Position numbers and translations under genes: made by a program. The notes under the pieces were generated by a model. It saw only the letters and a program-made list of their open reading frames with translations, had not been told where the DNA came from and did no database searches. A DNA stretch of 64,000 bases, taken from the NCBI RefSeq assembly GCF_009914755.1, contig NC_060931.1, one strand, 5' to 3'. This stretch comes from the human T2T-CHM13v2.0 reference genome, Homo sapiens. This document shows, in pieces, positions 58,159 to 64,000 of this stretch (its first letter is position 1; every line of letters starts with the position of its first letter).

Positions 58159-59513
58159 GATCTATTTAACACAGTACCTGTTATGGATACAACACATCCA
58201 ACTTTGAAGCAAAAAAGTTATACTGTCTGGAGAAACAAAGAAATAATCTGAACCAAATTCAGATATGACACAGATATTAACATTATCAGATGAGGATTTT
58301 AAAATATTTTTTGTACACAGCAGAGAGATAACAGTGGGAAAGAGTCAAAAGAAAATACTAGAAATCAAGAAGACAGAAACAAATGAAGAATCAGTAGATT
58401 TGATACAACCAAGGAAACAGTCAGTGAACTGGAAGATCATTAATAGAAACTTTCCAAACTGAAAAGCAAAGAGAAGACAAAAATAATTAAATAAAGGCAA
58501 ACATATAGAAAATGCAAGAATAGTTGGATTGTTAAAGAATATCAAAAGTTGTATGTAATCATAGTTGGAAAACCAGAAGAAGAAAGAGATAATATGGCAG
58601 AAGAAATAGTTCAAGTAATAATAGCAGAGAAGTTATAAAATTGAAGAGAAGACTTCCAGTTTCTGGGTCAGTGTGTAATGAACTTGGAAGTTGCCACTTA
58701 ATCACAATAACAAGTAAAAACCTGAAGAAACTGAAAAGTCAACAACCCATCTTACATATGAAAAAGAAATGATGGGTAAAGAGAATCATAACTTAACAGA
58801 GCAAAAACCCACAAGCAGAAACAGCCATGGGAACCAGTTTGAGGTTAAGAAAATCTGAGTTATAATTTAGTGATTGGGGGAGGCTTATCATGGAGAAGTC
58901 TGAGAGCCAAAAACTCTAATGGGGCCCAGTAATCTGAACATCCACATTTTTGTGAGTTTTAGCTCCAGGGGTTCAACCAGGTTCTCACAGTGAATATATA
59001 CACACACACACACACATATATATATATAAATTCACTCTTAGTTTTAATCTGGGGGGATAAAAATAACAATTTTGAAATATGCAAGAACATTATATTCTTA
59101 ACAAGATTTTCCCACAGAAGAAGCTATTTAACTTTGGTTAAAGTTAACTTTTGGTTAACTTTTGCTGTTTAACTTTGGTTACTCTTAACCTGCTAGGGTT
59201 TCACCAGAGCCTAACTGACCTGGGGGAAGGGAAATACCCCAAACCAGCTGGCACTAGCTTTCCTTGTGGAGGAAAGGAAATACCCATATAAAGCCCACTC
59301 TAGCTGAGCTGTACCATGTAAAGATGGGGATTTTTTTTTTTACTCAGTCCATTATTTTTTGCTACCAAGAAATAAATGGTAGCAAAAACAAAAACAAAAA
59401 ACACATTTTGAAGTAGCACAGCAAATATCACAATCAGACTCAGATATAGCAGGGATGTTGAAATTATCAAACCTAGAATTTAAAACAACCACAATTAATA
59501 TGTTAAAGGGTCT

Positions 59514-59669
59514 TAAAACCTAGATGACGAGTTGATAAGTGCAGCAAACCACCATGGCGTATGTATACCTATGTAACAAACCTGCAAGTTCTGCACATGT
59601 ATCCCAAAACTTAAAGTAAAATTTAAAAAAAAAGATGAAGAAATCCAATACAAAGATATAAAATATATA
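59514..59669 (+). mobile_element. Short L1PA7-10 3' end with extended tail and 17-bp TSD
   Basis: 'taaaacctagatgacgagttgataagtgcagcaaaccacc...atcccaaaacttaaagtaaaat'; TSD 'aatat(g/a)ttaa(a/g)gggtct' at 59497-59513 and 59670-59686. Confidence 0.85.
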
Positions 59670-60639
59670 AATATATTAAGGGGTCTAAAGGATGAAGTAG
59701 ATAGTGTACAACAACAGATGGACAATGTAAGCACAGAAATGGAAATTCTAAAAAAATTAAGAGGAAATAATCAAAACTAAAAACATCTGGAAATAAAAAG
59801 CACTGTAACAGAAATGAAGAATGCCTTTGTAACAGAAATGAAGAATGCCTTTGATGGACATATTAGTAGACTGAACATGTCTGAGGAAGGAATACCTAAG
59901 CTTGAGTATATGACATTAGAAACTTCCAAAATTTAAATGCAAAGAGAGAGAAAAAAAACACAAAACCACAAAGGGCAGGAAAAAAGATTGAAAAATAAAA
60001 AACAGAACAGAAAACCCAAGAACTGTGGGGCAACTACAAAAAATACAACCTGCAGGTAATGAAAATATCAGAATGAGAAAAGGAAGAAGAATAGAAGAGA
60101 AATATTTGAAGCAAAAATGACTGATATTTCTCCAAATTAATGGCAAACACTAAACTAAAGATTCAGAAAGTTCAGAGAGCACCAGGAAGGATAACTGCCA
60201 AAAATAAAACATCTACACTTAGTATATTATATTCAAATTGCAGAATATCAAAGATAATGATTTACCAATAAAGGAGCAAAAATAAGAATTACATTTAACT
60301 TCTCCTCATAAAGTGTTGAGAGAAAAACAAAAACCCCAACCAGCGTAGAATTCTACACTCTGCAAAATTATTCTTCAAAGGTGAAGAAAAAATAAAAATA
60401 TTCTCAGATAAACAAAAATTGAGAGAATTTGTTGCCAGTAGACCTGCCTTGCAAGAATTTTTTTTTAAAGGCATTTAGAAAAAAGGAAAAAGATATGGGT
60501 CAGAAACTATGAACTACATAAAGAAAGAACATTAGAGAAGACATGTTAAAGTAAGATAATAACTTTTATTATCCTTATTCTAATTGTAGTTTTTAAACAT
60601 ATAACAGTATTTTAAAATAAGAATGATGTATTTAATTAT

Positions 60640-60780
60640 GTATGCTTATGTCTATAAATATATATAAATGTTTATGTATACTGAGGTATACATCAGTATA
60701 TATATAAATACTTCTGTATACTGAGGTATATACATCAGTATATATATATATATATAAATGCTTATGTATACTGATGCATA
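60640..60780. repeat. ~40-50 bp unit AT-rich minisatellite with internal palindromes
   Basis: Unit 'tatataaatg(c/t)ttatgtatactgaggtata(ta)catcagta' repeated ~2.5 times. Confidence 0.85.
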
Positions 60781-61459
60781 TGTGAAATTAATAAAAGCAA
60801 TGATGCAATCAATGAGAGAGAGGAATTAGAATTTTTTTTTGTATAAAGTATCCATGAAGTGTATGATGTTATTTAAAAGTGGACTTGGATTCACTGTAAA
60901 TATATGTTGAAAACTCTAGAGCAACCACTTAAAAATGTAAACTAAGAACTATAACTGATATGCTAAATAAGCAGAGAAAATTGAATAATATAAAATGTTC
61001 AATTAAAACTAAAAAAGGAAGAAAAAAGTGGAAGATTAAAAAATAAAAAACAAGGGCAACAAATAGAAAAGAGTAACAAGACAGATATTTACCTAACACT
61101 ATCAATAATTACATTAAATATCAAAAGTCTAAATTACAGTGACTAAATTGATTTAAAAAGACTGTCAGAGTGGATTAAAAAAACACAATATGCAACTATA
61201 TGTTGCCTACAAGAAACCACCTTAAAAATAAAGACACATATAGATTAAAAGTAAATAGATGGAAAGAAATAAACCGTACTTATATTAATTTTATAAAATA
61301 GTAGTAACTACATACATTTCAGAGAAAGCATACATGAGATCAGGGAAGGTTATATGGTAAAAGAAGAGCACTACATAATGATTAAAATGATCAGTTATCC
61401 AAGAAGACAAAATAATTTCCAGTGTGTATGTGTCTAACAATATAGTGTCAAAATACAAC

Positions 61460-61808
61460 TGTATTAGCCTGTTTTCACACTGCTGATAAAGATATACCTG
61501 AGACTGGGCAATTTACAAAAGAGAGAGGTTTAATACAGACTTACAGTTCCATGTGGCTGGGGAAGCTTCACAATCATGGCAGAAGGCAAGGAGGGGCAAG
61601 GAGGAGCAAGTCACATCTAGGAAGACAGCAGGAAAACTCCCCCTTATAGCATCATCAGATCTTGTGAGACCCATTTACTATCACTAGAACAGCACAGGAA
61701 ATACCCACCCCCATGATTCAATCATCTCCCACCAAGTCCTTCCCACAGTGGGAATTATGGGAACTACAAGATGAGATTTGGGTGGGGACAAAGAATCAAA
61801 CCTTATCA
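61460..61808 (-). mobile_element. THE1A/B solo LTR
   Basis: 'tgtattagcctgttttcacactgctgataaaga...gagatttgggtggggaca...ccttatca'; TSD acaac/acatc. Confidence 0.92.
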
Positions 61809-62297
61809 ACATCAGACAAAAACTGATAGAAATGCAAGGAGAAATGAATGAATTCACTATTACAGTTGGAGACTTCAACTCTCCTTTATCAAAAGGGACA
61901 CATTAATAGGTAGAAAATCAGTAAGGCCATAGTTTAAATAAACAACACTATCAATCAACTGGATAGAATTTATATCTATGGACTACTTCATCCAACAACA
62001 GCAGAATACGTATTCTTCTCAAGCCCACAGGAAACATTCACCAAGATAGATTACATTTTGGCTAATAAAACACAGCTGAACAATTTAAGAGAATATAAAT
62101 CGAACAATTTCTGTTCTCAGATTAAAAGGGATTTGACCTAGAAATCAATAACAAAAAGATATCTGAAAAATTCCAAAATACCTAGATGTTAAACAACAAA
62201 TTTCTAAATAATACCCAGGTCGAAAAAATAAATCTCATCAGATTTTTTAAAAAATTTGAACTAAATAAAAATCAAACTACAGGTCATCAAAATATGT

Positions 62298-62620
62298 GGC
62301 CAGCAGCAGTGGCTCACGCCTATAATTCCAACACTTTGGGAAACCAAAGGGGGAGGATCACTTGAGGCCAAGAATTTGGGACCAGCCTTGGTAATATAGC
62401 AAGACCTTATCTCTACAAAATAATAAAAAATAAAAAATATTAGCTGAGTGTGGTGGTGCATGCCTATATCCCTATCTACTGTGGAGTCTGAGGTGAGAGG
62501 ATAACTTGAGCCCAGGAGTTCTACGTTGCAGTTAGCTATGATTGTATTACTTGCCTTCCAGCCTGGTGACAGAGCAAGACCCTGTCGTTAAATAATAATA
62601 ATAATCAATAAAATAAAAAT
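62298..62620 (+). mobile_element. AluJ
   Basis: 'ggaggatcacttgaggcc', 'agcaagaccttatctctac' and 'cttgagcccaggagtt' are J-type diagnostics; (AAT)n tail. Confidence 0.9.
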
Positions 62621-64000
62621 ATATTAATTAAAATTTGTAGTCTGCAGCAAAAGCAGTGAGTAGAGGGAAATTTGTAACATTTAGTGCATGTATTTAAAAA
62701 GAATAAAGTTACAAAATTAATTATCTAAACTTCTATCTTAGAAAAACAGAAAAAGAACAAATTCATTTCAAAGAAAGCAAAAGAAAATAAATTATAAAAA
62801 TTAGAATACAAATAAAGGAATTGGAAACAGTAAATCAACAGAGAAAAACATAAAACCAAAAGCTGATTGTTAAAAACATCAACTAAACCAGTAAGTCTCT
62901 AGCAAGGCTAAATAAGAGAAAAAGAGAGATGAAACAAACTACTCATATAAGGAATGAAAGAGGGGACATAACTACAGATTACATGAACATTGAAAGGATA
63001 ATAAAGGAATACTAGGAGCAACTTCTTATCCACCAATTTACCTATTGGATAATATAGATAATACAGACCAATTCCTTGAAAGACACAATCTGCCAAAATT
63101 TACATGAGAAGAAATAAGCAATCTGAATAGGTCTATAGCAATTCAATAAATTCATAAATAATTCATAACCTTTGTAAAACTGGAAGCAGAGGGCCCAGAT
63201 GGGTTCACTGGTAAATCCTATCTGACATTTTAAGGAAGAAATTTTACCAGTTCTCTGTGATCTCTTTCAGAAGATAGAGGCAGAGAAAATGCTTTCTAAA
63301 TCATACTATGACCCAAACTTACTCTTAAAAAGAAAACAGACAGAGACATTGCAGGAAAACTATACACCAATATCTCTCATGAACATAGATGTAAAAATCA
63401 ACAAGATATAAGCAAATCACATTCAACAATGTGTACAATTAATTATACACCATGACCAAATAGGATTTATCGCAAGTATGCAAAGCTGGTTCAGCATCCA
63501 AAATTCAATTAATGTAATCTATCACATCAACAGGGTAAGAAAGAAAAATCACAGAATTCTATCAATAGATATACAAAATTTATTTTGCAAAATCTAACAC
63601 TCATCAAAAACTCTTAGTACACTAGAAATGGGGGGAACTTCCTCACCTTGGTAAATAATATGTACAAAACAAAACAAAACAAACAAACAAAAAAACCTAC
63701 AGCTAACATCACACTTAATGGTGAGTTTTCCCACGAAGAGATCAAGAATAAGGCAAAGTTATCTCCTTTCACTACTCCTTTTCAGTCCTATACTATAGTT
63801 TTAACTAATTCAATAAGACAAGAAAAGGAAATAAGTATACTAATAGAGAAAGAAGAAATTAAAATTGTCTTTTTTTCACAGATGAGATTATTGTCTATGT
63901 AAAAAACCTGAAAGAAATGACAAAAAAACACCTAGAAATAGTAAGCAAATATAGCAAGGTTGCAGAATGAAAATTTAATATACAAAAGTCAATCACTTTT

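Larger units (their letters stand above)
56816..58645 (+). mobile_element. L1MC/MD-type 5' UTR and start of ORF1, interrupted by (TA)n and an AluS
   Basis: 5' start 'agacttcttgtttc...ctgaaaataaacaac...gagagaagtgaggtcat'; ORF1-like 'gatatgacacagatattaacattatcagatgaggattttaaaa'. Confidence 0.6.
58650..64000 (+). mobile_element. Long old L1M (L1MD/M3-M4-type): 5' UTR, ORF1, inter-ORF, EN and RT remnants running off the window
   Basis: 5' start 'agacttccagtttctgg'; ORF1 'gagagaatttgttgccagtagacctgccttgcaagaa'; EN 'ttggagacttcaac' and 'cattcaccaagataga'; RT 'gggcccagatgggttcactgg' and 'ttcacagatgag'. Confidence 0.8.

Overview
AT-rich, repeat-dense primate genomic DNA. It is almost certainly human, because it carries a consensus-like AluYa5, an AluYb8-lineage element and an L1 3' stub with the L1HS-diagnostic G. 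I found no cellular protein-coding exon or RNA gene I can support, so the window looks intergenic or deep-intronic. The dominant feature is a full-length ~6.0 kb L1PA2/late-L1PA3 LINE-1 (46138-52154, +). Its ORF1 is stopped at R49, its ORF2 is open for 1158 aa and then stopped at R1159, and its antisense ORF0 is open. It sits inside an older 5'-inverted L1PA13-16 element, which itself interrupts an ancient L1ME-type element. The rest is fossil L1M, L2, MIR, MaLR solo LTRs (THE1, MST, MLT1), hAT MITEs, an HSMAR2 mariner half-element, about ten Alus or Alu fragments and several microsatellites. The most notable observations are three apparently human-specific retro-insertions within 5.5 kb (28045-33501), a perfect 33-bp-stem inverted repeat in unique DNA (16305-16379), the three-tier nested L1, a (TA)22 microsatellite born inside an Alu target-site duplication, and several templated-insertion scars. 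I see no convincing evidence of a new biological system. Subfamily calls and boundaries of old repeats come from remembered consensus sequences and are approximate.
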